Source: Utricularia gibba
Taxonomy: Eukaryota; Plantae; Magnoliophyta
Assembly (NCBI GenBank): GCA_002189035.1
Contig: NEEC01000020.1
Location: forward strand, 1,736,001-1,800,000
Reading direction: 5' to 3'
Length of the DNA stretch: 64,000 nucleotides
Shown here in pieces: positions 48,836 through 61,262 of the stretch (its first letter is position 1; each line of letters starts with the position of its first letter). Made by a program: the position numbers and the translations under genes. The notes under the pieces were generated by a model that ran no database searches, was not told the origin of the DNA, and was given only the letters and a program-made list of their open reading frames with translations.

Positions 48836-50078
48836 ACTTTAATCTAAAAAAATATAAAAGAAATGAAAACATTTATATTTTTAGTATTGGGATATTTTAG
48901 TCATTTATCCAACATATTTATTTTACATTCTCATTAACTAACAGAATATTATTATTACACATTTTACATTATATAAAAAACTCATTCTCATTTTTAATTT
49001 AATTAAAAAAAATGAGAAACACAAAGGGTGTTTCAATCTTAGGACTTCATGAAGAGCAAAACAGGAATTGAGAGGCCCGATTCAGATAAAGCCACCCAAT
49101 TTATCGAAACCAGAAGGGGATTTTTTTACTTGCATGGAACACATTAAGCAAACATGATGTATAACTAAACCTGACTCTAAACCCACGTAAAATACAATCC
49201 AAACTATCCCATTATGGTGCTCCATTATCCGAAACGAAACTTCTAAAAAACTGGTTGACATACAATATTCAAATAAAATCATATTTCTTTTCTATTTGAA
49301 ACCTTGGCACAAATCTAAATTACGATTCAATCAAAGAAATGTAATCAAGAATATAAAAGAAAAAGATACTTTTTGTTTTAAAACCATTTGGACAATGGAA
49401 TGCCACTTACCTTTTGATGCCTCCAAAATCACCCAAAACATTTATACCAACTTTTAAACAACTTGAAAAGAAAAACATATACAAAGACAAAGTAATTTGA
49501 TTTTTTTGGTTAAAAGACCTATTTAAAATTAATGTAATGCAAAAATAAATCATATTAGTAATATTAGAAGTAAAAAAAATTCTTAAAATGAGAAATAATA
49601 CAAATAATAAATCTAAAACAATATTTTCAAAAATTTTTAGAATCTATTTCTAATTTTTCAAAATAACTTTAGTAAAATAGAAATAATTGTAAGTATTCTA
49701 AAAAAACTATATTAATTAAAAAGTAAAAATAAAATGAAAAAATAATCCATTGCTTATGTTTTCAAAAAGTAATTTTCATAGTATAATTTTAAAACTACTT
49801 TTAATAGAATTATTTTAACAAATGATAGTATTTTACAATAAAACTATTTCTTTAAAAAAAAGTAAAAATAAACTTCAAAAATATTATTAAATAACCAAAA
49901 CAATTAATTAAATAATAAAGTTTTTTTATCAAATTAAAATATCATATTAATATTAATGTTTAATATTTCATTATTATATATTACGTATTCAGGTAATACT
50001 GCATCCATTCTGAAAAATGATTAGTTATATCAAAGTATATTGTCTCCTACTTAAACTAATGGATCTAAAGGGATTACC

Positions 50079-51200
50079 TAGAGGTGGACGCAAGTCTGAA
50101 TCATACGAGTTCGAGTTGAGTCATATGAGTCAAAAGTGAATATATAGACTCATCGAGTCGAACCCGTCATGGGTTGACCTCTGACTCGACTCATGGACGA
50201 GTTAATGACCAATCCTATAAACAAAATTCAAGAACAAGCATGCAATTTAAGAACAATGAACCTTATTATAGAGAATAAAACACATTGTTATGAAAAACTC
50301 ATATTCTAAAAAAAATATAATTAATACAGATGAGAAAAAGTATTTAGAGTAGTTGCAAGTCAAATAATTCAATCAATTAATTTAAAATAATATGAGCACA
50401 AAAAATCAAATCTTTCAAGTTTTCTCTAATCCTTTATCTAGGCTTGAAGATTGACAGTGATTATCATTAATGGAGTTCAAAAAAATTTTTAGGAAAAAAA
50501 AGAAAAAAAAACTATCCGATACATACTTAAGCCCTTCAGCCCCTTCTTTATCATCCTCGTCAACTGTTATTAGGTTTTGTAACTTATGTTAAGTTTGCAA
50601 TCAATCCTTTTAGTGTGCACAAGCCTCCAAAGTTATTGATGCCAAATACAATCTTTTGTTACAAGAACTCTTCCAGCAACACTAAAAGTGCTCTTAGAAG
50701 CAACCATCAAAGCTGCAGGTGCAAAAATATCCTTGACAACTTGTGACAAAATAGGATAATGTGAGAATTGATTCTTCCATCAATCAAGTATATCAAAGTT
50801 GTCCCCCTATCGCCATGTAGTTAATGCATTTCATTCTACAATGCAACCTCACTCGCTCTTAGTCCCATGATAAAAGAAGGAGAATTATGCACCATAGACC
50901 AATAATTGTCTATGGTCGATGCCATGACATTGTCATTCTCAGACCCTAATTGGCCAGATTTCACAGTATTCGCATTAAGATATACAACACACATAAGTGA
51001 TCTAAAGTTGAAAGAGTAGTTTAATACATATTTTTAACACTTAAATCCACACCAATCATGTTAAGAGAATCATAAAAGTCACAATATACATTCAAGCCAT
51101 CAAGGAAGCCTAATCTTTTAACTCAAGTATCAATCATGTTGGCCACAAATAACAAAGAAGGAATAGGATCATAATATTACAAAAACTTTGGAATCATTTT
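50079..51200 (-). mobile_element. hAT (Ac-like) transposon remnant
   Basis: Dimerisation-domain reading NFDILDWWKNQFSHYPILSQVVKDIFA...VASKSTFSVAGRVL (about 50660-50810). TAGAGGTG terminus at 50079 with GACTCGA/TCGAGTC subterminal repeats. Confidence 0.8.
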
Positions 51201-52439
51201 TTGGATAATGGATCCAAGAAAAGGTCACAAATGGTAAAAAGCAGCAAAATAGAAGAAAAAAGCGCTTTGAAAATTCCACTAAAAATGTGCAGAAAATGAT
51301 AGAAGTGAAACTCTTTTAAACACTAGATCTGAGATTTGAAAAGTGAAGATCAAATGGTCTGGCTTGGACCTAATAAAGGAGCACTCATTATATAATCCAT
51401 TCATCTATTCGTTTGGAAAAAAAGCCGAATAGTTTATTATGAATCGTAAATATTAGATTGGTTCATAAGTTAAGTACAACTAATGAACTTATGATTGCAC
51501 TACATACAAGAATGATTCAGGAAAAAACTTATGATTGCACCAACAATGAAAGAAAAGCTCATGATAATCGATGCGAGACCTCATTACCGCTCAATGCATG
51601 GTGTTCTACTTATTGTTACTCTTCAAATAGAAGGATGAAAAAAATTGTAGAAATGGGACAATCATATAATATTTGCATTATGTAACATGTTGGGATTATT
51701 TAGGCACTATGTTCGAAGAAGCCTTAAGCGTAAATGGATGGATCCAAACAGCTAGAAAATATTCAAGCACCTAAAAAGGCTAGTTATATAAGAGCTATTA
51801 TGCTAGAGTTAAGTTGCACCACTTCACATTTGTTTTCGTAGATGCTAACAAGATGCACATGATGCATATTTATTTTCATATGGGAGGAGTGCTACTAATC
51901 TACCACGTAGATGGATTGATAAGTGTTTGGATTTTTGTGATTATTTTTTCATAGAAATAGTTGAATATCAAAAATTTATTACATAGAATCCTATTTTTTT
52001 GTCAAGCTGTAGGTATGATTGGGGTTTTTTTCGGGTCCAATGCTCCAGGCTTGCCAAATTGATAATCAAAAATTTATAAATTATTGTAAAAAATTAAAAT
52101 TTCATATTGAATAAGTATATAAACCTTTGGCACATAATTTACAAGTCTAAATAACAAGTATGATGGTTTTGAAGTTGAACACAAGAAGTCAGTGCTTGTA
52201 ATGTAAATGTTCATACATTTTTGTATCAAATGTTATTTAAATTTTAATGGAAATTGACAGGAATTTAACATTAATTACAAAAATGAAAGCTTCATACAAA
52301 ATATCATAACTCTAAAAATCAACAAATACAAATGTTATTTAGTCTACTTAATTGAACATACTCTCCAACGTACCAATTAATTCCAGTCTACCTAGACCAT
52401 CCCTTTGATTTTTGGGTATTCATTTCTTTGAATTTACTA

Positions 52440-52900
52440 AATCATCTTACACTAAGATCTATAAGTCAGTGAAGAAATAGGTTTGAATACTAAACTAACA
52501 ACTTGTCTTGATGATTTCTGTACTCTTTGCAAATTTGAATAAGGAGAGCAGCTGCAATTCACATCTTCCAAAAAAAAAGAAAGCATGCTCTAGCAACAGT
52601 GATTCACTTGCTGAATTTATAAGGCAAATTGATGATTTCAATATTTACCATATTACTTTAAAGGAGATGTTATAATGGAGAAATGTTGTTTAGGTTTTGA
52701 ATCAATAGATGGAATCAAGGAATTCTTTATGGTGCATTGCTCTTCATTTGTTCACGAAATCAGTTCATCATGAAATGCTTTTGTTTCTCAAGTGATTCAG
52801 GTCATATCTTATGGCTGAAGGATCGTGTAGCAAGTTTTAGATCTTCTTTGGATTCAATAGTTACTTCAAAGCCAGCTCACTACTCAAGTAAAAATTCTTT
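52440..52900 (+). mobile_element. Decayed C-terminal fragment of a PIF/Harbinger-type Myb/SANT ORF (copy 3)
   Basis: Reverse-complement homolog of 19215-19660 (GTGAAGAAATAGGTTTG, GCAATTCACATCTT, CAACAGTGATTCACTTGC, CTTTATGGTGCATTGC). Reads LWCIALHLFTK..SDSGHILWLKDR. Confidence 0.55.
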
Positions 52901-53454
52901 TAAAAAATTGCGAGCACCACAAATGTTGCATTCAATAGTTACTTTTTAATAATTAAGAAGGTTTGGGTCATTATATTTATTTTCTAATTAAAAAATACCA
53001 CATTTGTTTTTTTATATAATAACACCATATTACATTTATCGAGGGTAAAGTTGAGCCATCTCAAAATATATTTTCCATTTGCAATTTAAATATGTGATTT
53101 GTCTTCGTTGTCGTCAGGTATAAAAATATAAGTCATGATAATTGAGGTAAGGTACAAGAATGATTTTCACGTTAGCAATATATAGTGGATAAATAGGATC
53201 ATTTTCTTCAGGGAACTCGTAACTTTGTTTTCTCATGTGGGAGTTATAATTAATTCTCGTGTATTTATATGGGTAGGAGAAAAATGCTCTGATTCTATAT
53301 ACTATACGGGGTTCATTTTTTCTTTTAATGAGAGTTTTGTGCATTGGTCTATACAGTCCTACTGAATTAGCATTAACCTTCGAAATATCGTCTGGTTTGG
53401 ACTTGGAAATCATATTTTATATTGCATTTTTTAATGAATTTGCATATTCATGGA

Positions 53455-54026
53455 TATGGATGTTATATCGAACGAACGAACACGAACATCTATATTTGTG
53501 TTCGTTTGTTTAACTTTATCAAACAAAATAATTGTTCATGTTCGTTTATTTAAGTTAATCGAATAAAAATTTTGTTCATGCTCATTTATTTAAAATTCAC
53601 GAATATTCATGAACAAATATAATATATTTATATTTTAATATAAAAATAAACAAATTAATATTTTAATATAAATATAAACATAATATTTTAAATATAAATT
53701 TATATTTCATATATTTTAATCGAGAAAAATAATTGAAAATCATGAAAAACCTAACTACTAACATAAAAAATAATTTTTAGTATTATATATATTTTAAAAT
53801 AATTATAGTATATTTATATATTGATTAATATAATATATTTTATATTAAAATGCATAATATTAATATGATATTATGTATTATAATCGAACATAATCAAACA
53901 TTAATCTTGTTTGTGTTCATTTAATAAATTAATTGAACATAGATTTTATTTGTGTTCGTTTATTTATTAAAGTAATCAAGTCGAATTCAATTCGAACATA
54001 AGTTGTTTGTTCGTTATGACATCCTA
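53455..54026. mobile_element. hAT-type MITE
   Basis: Imperfect TIRs (TATGGATGTTATATCGAA / TTCGTTATGACATCCTA), many GAAC/GTTC subterminal motifs, and 8-bp flanks TTCATGGA/GTCATGGA (7 of 8 identical). Confidence 0.8.
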
Positions 54027-54783
54027 GTCATGGAGAAACCCATTATGTATGTATCATTAATAAGTAATTATGTTTTTAGCCAGAATATTATTAAAAATTG
54101 GATGTTATGGATTAATTCGCATTAATATGAAATTATCTCCTCAAGCCTATTTTATATTTGCTCCTTGGTTGCTGATAGTAGGTATAATACAAATAATTTA
54201 TCCAGTTTTATCATCTCTCGATCTAGGATAGAAGCTACCCTCCCCCGGTTACACAAGCTTTTTGATTTTCGAAATTCACCGCTGTAAAAAATTATTTAAG
54301 GATTTTTTTTGTATACAATGAATCAAGATAACCTTAATATCTTATATGGGCATCTTTATCCATTTACATAAATTTATAAATCCACATCAAATTAATAATT
54401 TTTCTGAAATCCAATAAATGATTTTCTATCTTTCTTCACATTCATTTTCGATAATTATTAATAAAATAAGAAAAGTTAAATTTTACCCTATAATGAAAAG
54501 CACTATAAACTTGAAATATTATACATAACACAAATTGAATAATTAGAACTAACCAACATACAAAATATTAATTGAACATCATTCAAATATGTTTGATCAA
54601 TCTTTTATTAAACATCGATAAAATATTGCATCATATGAATTGACATTCTACTCAAATAATTTTATGTATTCAACACAATATTGAATATTTCGCATATTCA
54701 TTTTCAATATTACCTTTAGTAATAACATGACCTTCGTATTGTACCACCACCCAAGAACAAAGATGACCGAACCTGCTTCCTAC

Positions 54784-55532
54784 CTTTAGTCTACGGGATA
54801 GCTCGTTTGCATGCAGAATGTTTGCTAACTTGGACTGACCATAGGCCTTCTTCTCGTCATATCTGCAAACCAGTACCTTGTAGGAAAGCAATGGCAACAC
54901 GAACAAGACCTGCTTCCATCATTAATCTTATCGAAGATAATACCACCTGGTAAGTGTAGACGTGAGCTACAGATGACACGTTTACAATTCTACCCTCAAC
55001 CCAGAACTGTTAGCGGTCTCCTTCATCTTGCCTATTAGAAGGTTGGTCAAATAGAAGTGACCTGCAGATGCAGAAACGAAGTCATGAGAGCAAAGAATGC
55101 AGTCCAGAGATGTGCGAAAAAGAATTGCTGTGCAGAAATGTGTTGCTACCGATATGATTCGTTGCGAATTGGGTCTCAATCCCATCTTCACAGAGCTGAA
55201 GAGGGCAGAACATGACCCCAGCATTGTTTCTGCAACAACTAGCACTAGTCATTCTGATGGAGTGGATGAAAAAAACGAATGAACATACATTGCCGCCTAC
55301 ATTAAGATGTTGAGGGGGAGATTAAGAGCTATGAAATTTTCTGCAAAGGTTTTGATGGAGTTGAGTGAATTCAAGTCGCGTTTGAGCACAGCAATCCGCG
55401 CATCCTTGTTATCGTTGAGAATCAGCTACTTAGCTTCATTTGCAGCTTCCATATTTCTAGCCCCGATGATGACATGAGCATTTCTTTGTGCTAAAACTCT
55501 TGCTGTTTCCAATCCTATCCCACTTGCACCGC
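54784..55532 (-). pseudogene. Short-chain dehydrogenase/reductase (Tic32/retinol dehydrogenase-like) pseudogene fragment
   Basis: Four GT-AG exons: 55532-55301 ([26 protein letters not shown]), 55229-55150 (NNAGVMFCP..QFATNHI), 55061-54910 (GHF.LTNLL, frameshift) and 54862-54784 (YDEKKAYGQSKLANILHANELSRRLK). First and last exons not found. Confidence 0.92.
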
Positions 55533-57866
55533 CTAAGTTAGAAATCATTAGTCACATTCACGATTCCCCAAGAGATTCTCCCTTGAAAAATATATCAAAG
55601 AGGGACAGGGCAGAAGAAGTTGAAGATGATGACATATTTGACGCATAAAAATTTATTTTCGACACTTTTAATACATAAAATATTATAACGGAACATATTT
55701 GACCCAACAAAAAGTCAAAAAACTTCACAATGTAGTTCATTTGACCCAATAAGTTTACCGTTGGTCTGATGTACATTGTAGATTTGGTATATTCAATCTA
55801 AGAATTTAACATATTTGACCCTTATAGTTTAATAAATTGATATTATTGATCCTTGAATTTGTTAAATTTGCATATTTAACCCACAAATTGTGATAAAATA
55901 ACATAATTAACCCAATAATTTCTCAAATTGGTATAATTAACTCATAAAGTTTATCAAAATTTTTAAAAAATTAAATCATTTTTTAAATAAATGTTGGTCA
56001 ATAAATGTTTGTCTAGATGGGCACAACAGTCAATACATGTATCCATTATTTCAACCCGCTATGAGTTGAACCTGTAATTCGTAAAAATAAATTTCAATCC
56101 TTGATTGTGTGACACACGGGTTATGGTAACCCACGCCTGTGTGCCATACTTCACACGAGGTGACACACGGATGTGGGTTATGCCCATATGCCATGCTCCA
56201 CGAGGGGCATGGGTCCCATGTGGTATATTCTATGACTTTCTACACACTTGTATTTATTTTTTTCGTAGACGTAATTAGAATGATAGTAATTAGAATGCAA
56301 ATAAATTAATTTTCAAAAAATACGGAAATCATTAACATATTATGAATTCTTCGTATAATATTTGTTTAAAAATTAAAGAAACAAATAAAACGCATAAATA
56401 GTGTCAAAGACAAATAACAAAATCTACAAGTTCATACTAACAAACAAGTTCAATATCTGCATTTTTGTTTAGAGACCTATATGCTGATCACATTAAAATA
56501 AGAAAAAAATAATATCAGCAAAGTCATATTAACCTCTGGTTAAAAAATAGCTTCACACAAATCATCCCAACCATTTTAAAAATGGAGTTCACTAATCTAT
56601 AAATCATGCATAATAAAAAGATTAATAGAGATTAATAATAAAACACAATATAACACAAGGTATTAAAACACATTACTTACTTCCGAAAATTACTTGTTAT
56701 ATGAGTGAACATGCTATGCATCTAATCCAAGAAGAGAATTCACTGTTGGTATTTTTCTTCAAGATTGCACAATATGACAAGGGTGTAATGACTACTACGA
56801 GACATAGAGACAATGCAAAGTGACACATATTCCAATGGCAAATGAGGAATATATATGTATAGGAAAGCTTATTTCATGTTAATTGGCAAGAAGATGTAAC
56901 GAGTGTTGCATGGATTATGCCTCACAAACCACCTTTCAATCATTTCCAAGTCAAATGTTTTCTCCATAGCATGTTGCATCCATGGTTTGTGGGTCAATGC
57001 AACAGTCATTAGATGACCCAATGGTTGTAATGCCATGATTTTCCTTTAGATAATTTATACTCGTTAGATTCATATCTATTGACTTACTCAATGATGTCAT
57101 CCATTATATTGTCCATCAACTCACCATACAACTGTAGATGAGGAGCCTTACAACTTCATTTATTTTTTTAAATCGGTTAAATTTCGGAAGCATCCGAGTT
57201 GCTGCTAACTTCCACCCACACATTCATGCAACTATTGAAGATAACTTTTTTGTTGTTAGTTTGACTATATGAAATGTTGTACACCACACTTATCGTGACT
57301 ATCTTCAAAGGTATTTCTTGATATGGTTTAGCATTTTCTTTCTTCACTTCCATAGGGCTTTGGTAAGAAGTCTCACCAACTTCCTCATTACCCATCAAAC
57401 TACAATAATCAGCATGGCTCCGGTAGCATGGGTGTTACAGCCTCTTCCATTCGTTGAGCTCTATCCTCATTTAATTCACTTTCTTTGCAGTCTTTTTTCT
57501 TGTAGCCTTTCTTGCCATATGTGGAACATGATAATTACATTCAATCGACTATAAATCCAAAACCAATCCATACAAAAAAGAGTGTGATGGACAAAACCTA
57601 TAGGATTTGCTCTTTTGTGAAGTAGATGGCTGATTGGGTTTCCTATGCTTCTATTTACGAGGAAGTAGTGGTAAGTCAGCCATAGAAGGCCATTCTTCAG
57701 CTCCCGTAATCTTGCACACATCACTGTCATACATTCTTTGATAGGCCATACGTGTATATCTAGAGTCCGTGTATTCAACTAAAGTATGGCTCTCGAAAAG
57801 GATAGCAACGGCCACATGTTTGTAAGGTATACCTAAACATACAATAGACAAAAATACAAAACACAT

Positions 57867-58274
57867 AATAGAATACAAAATATTCATACTCAAAAATACT
57901 ATACATATAATATCAATTCTTATAATAAAACTAACAATAAAATAAAAAATATTCATATTAAAATATACTACACATATAACATCAATTCTCATAATAAAAC
58001 TAACAATAGAATACAAAATATTCATATTAAAAAATACTATACCTTAACATCACTTTTTATAATAAAACTAACAATAGAATACAAAATATTCATATTAAAA
58101 AATACTATACATTAACATCAATTCTTATAATAAAACTAACAATAGAATACAAAATATTCATATTCAAAAATATTACACATATAACATCCATTCTTATAAT
58201 AAAACTAACAATAGAATATAAAATATTTATATTCAAAATACTACACATATAACATTAATTCTTATAATAAAACA
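57867..58274. repeat. Tandem array of about six 68-69 bp units within a MuDR intron
   Basis: Unit approximately AATAGAATACAAAATATTCATATTAAAAAATACTATACATTAACATCAATTCTTATAATAAAACTAAC. Confidence 0.92.
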
Positions 58275-59821
58275 ATAGAAATAAAAAATATACATATATA
58301 TATATATGTAATTTTCCATGCTCTACAATCACATAAATGTGTGGTCAACCAAATGGTGTATTTTTTTGTTCCCTCTGACCACCGATAATTACTTCGATCA
58401 CAAACGTCCACATGCCCCTTTCTTCCATCTTCCAATGCTTGTCTTATAATATTCTCTATTCTTGGACATAAATCTCCATGCCATCTTTATAATGCTTAAA
58501 AAACCAATCGCAAACCTTGTCATTAATCCATTCCAAAAGCTTGATTAGCTCCAGCCTCCTAGTATCCTTGAGAGTCGAATTAAGAGACTCTGAGTTGTTG
58601 TTCGTCAAAATGGCACACTTGTTACCTACATCAAAAAATGTTTGACAACATTGGAATGGTGGGATACGATCCATATACTCGTATGCATTCCTTAAGCGCA
58701 TCCATGGCACACCTAAACTGACTAGGCGTTGTAGCTCAAGCGGCAGATCACACATGGCACTTCAAAATGATTGTCAACTTCACTGAAATACTCTTATTAA
58801 GATTCTTGACCAAATGCAAGACACAATGACGGATCTATAAAGTACAATAGCCAAGTGTCAAATAAACATCGTTATTTTACAATTTATAACATATATGACT
58901 CAATGCATTATCTTTTGGGATGTAAGTATCTCAAAACGAATAATATTGTAGAAGCTCTATCTGCAACTATGGTAAATGATTCTTGCATCTCCTCCGAAAT
59001 ACCATAGTTTTCGCCAATCAATTTCATGAACCAAATCCAAGCCATCAAAGTTTCACCATCAACAACACCCCATGCAAGGGGGAAAACTCCATTGTTCGGA
59101 TCTAAGGCCGTTGCCACTAGCACTTTTCTGTTCAATTTACTCAATGTATGCGTGTCATCAACTCCGATCACATTATGGCCACACATACAGAATCCTACTT
59201 TACAAGCCTATAATTAGCATATAAACCTATAATTAGCATATAAATCATGAAATACTAAAAAAAATGAACCAAATATTATCACATAATCCAATAAACCAAA
59301 TATAACTAAATGCTAATTTATCATTATATAATAAATAAGGTACACTTCTAACATACAATGTTCAATAATAAACCAATCAAAAATATATAGGAAAAAAACA
59401 AAATATTGAAAATAATTCCATAAATATGTAACAAAAATGCTTCAAAAATACATACCTTTGAACAAAAATAAACTCCTTCGCATATTTTGTGTTTTCCATC
59501 TTCACCACCATCTACGTCTAAAATTGCCACAATAGCACCTTCATTCGATATCCGATATTGTTCACAATAACTTCGTAGCCACTCGAAATCATTCTTCATA
59601 ATTCCCACCATCATCTTCTGTGCATTCTCTTTCGCTCTCCTCACAATAATCACGCTTTATATCCGTAAGTAGATTCGCAACCTTGGTCAACGGATGATCA
59701 ATGAGCCTATCCATATACATCTTCCCAAGTCAACGTGCATTCACCTATTTGTTGTTCACATGTGGCCAGCAATGGTCTCCATGTGGAGTGACTTCATGAA
59801 CACTCCAAGTCGTTATCGGTG

Positions 59822-61262
59822 TGTTGGGTTTCTCGTAGACATCGTATGTCTCAAAAGCAGCAGAATTTTTAAAATTTTGAGAAACCCCCAACGCAGATCT
59901 TGGAATACGGTATACATCAGACAAAAGGGATGCTGAAAATACCTTTCAGATGACTCCGTTGTTCACCAACCACCAATAGCAGACGGCCTCTATGGTATCC
60001 ACACGTGGAGCACTCCGCCGATAACCTTCTCAAGACTCTTGAATGCTGTTCGAATTTCTCAGGTGCTAGTAGAGAAAAACGCCTCCTTGTGGATCAGTCT
60101 CCACGAAGACCTAGGAGCCGATCACAAGATCTAAATCTTTTTTATAGATATATGGTAACATATCAAATCATATCTCTATAAAGATCTTATCTTGTGGAGA
60201 TATGTATTTGTTCCAAATCTTATCTATATATGATCTTTTATTTTGAGTTTAATCAATATTAATCTCAAAATAACTCTCAATTTAATTTATCCACTTTACT
60301 AATTACATCTCATTTAATTGTGTCATTCTATTTTATATCGATTAGTGACCCCACTATTGTGTGTGACCCTATAGGCTTCTTCAATCAAAGCCATAATAAT
60401 AGATTTATTAATTAACTCTTAATTAATCAAATCCATCATTATCGATCATGAGTGATGTCTAGCAATATATTATGATCCCCAAAATTAAAGAATAATCAGG
60501 TGAACTGATTGAGTATTTCCTTGACCAGCCACCATGCAATGAACAGCTTTCATCATATTATAATTGCATTCAAGCACTAACACTCAATGACCTACTCAAA
60601 CAATTCGAGTGTCATTACCCTGGGCCCAGGACTTACTGTTCGGGCTTTGATGCAATTATTTGAGATATGATCTCATCGCTAACATGAGTGATAAATCCTT
60701 TATTGATCAATCAACTATCTCCAACCTTAAGCAGTCACATCCCTACTATCCATACTAGGCAAGCCATGTTTAGGCTCCTATTAGCAATGAGCGAAAATGT
60801 GAACTTAAGATCAAAATAACTTTGTTGATCTCAAGTCTAAGCTTACTTGCACGGCTGTCATATTCGAGATCTTGCTACTGACACTTGGTTAGCTTCCCAT
60901 AATAGCATCTCAAAGATGAGTCATCCAGTGAATCGATTCTCTAATCGACACCTACACATAGGTTCTTGTAATCTCATTATATTAATTGTGAGAACCATTG
61001 CTTAAACTGTTTAGAGAACTCAATGTGTGCCAGCTTATCCGTATTTATGATATCCTCATTTCACAAATACTCCAGCCAAGGAGTTTTAACTTGATCATGA
61101 GTGCTTGAAGAATCTCACATTATGATCTCATCATAATTTCTATAGCACATAGATCAAGTAGAGGATTTTATCAATGATATAAATTTGATCATAATTCAAA
61201 GTAAATATCAAAAGACAAGATTTGTCAATAAGTTGATTGTCTCTAGAACACATATACTAACA
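59822..61262 (-). mobile_element. Solo LTR, copia Angela-like, inserted in the MuDR transposase
   Basis: Termini TGTTG...TAACA, flanks CGGTG/CAGTG (4 of 5). The - strand start TGTTAGTATATGTGTTCTAGAGACAATC resembles Angela/BARE LTR starts. MuDR coding sequence resumes on both sides. Confidence 0.85.

Noticed and set aside
57867-58274. CRISPR-like array
   Set aside because: Units are contiguous without unique spacers, there are no cas genes, and the context is a eukaryotic TE intron.
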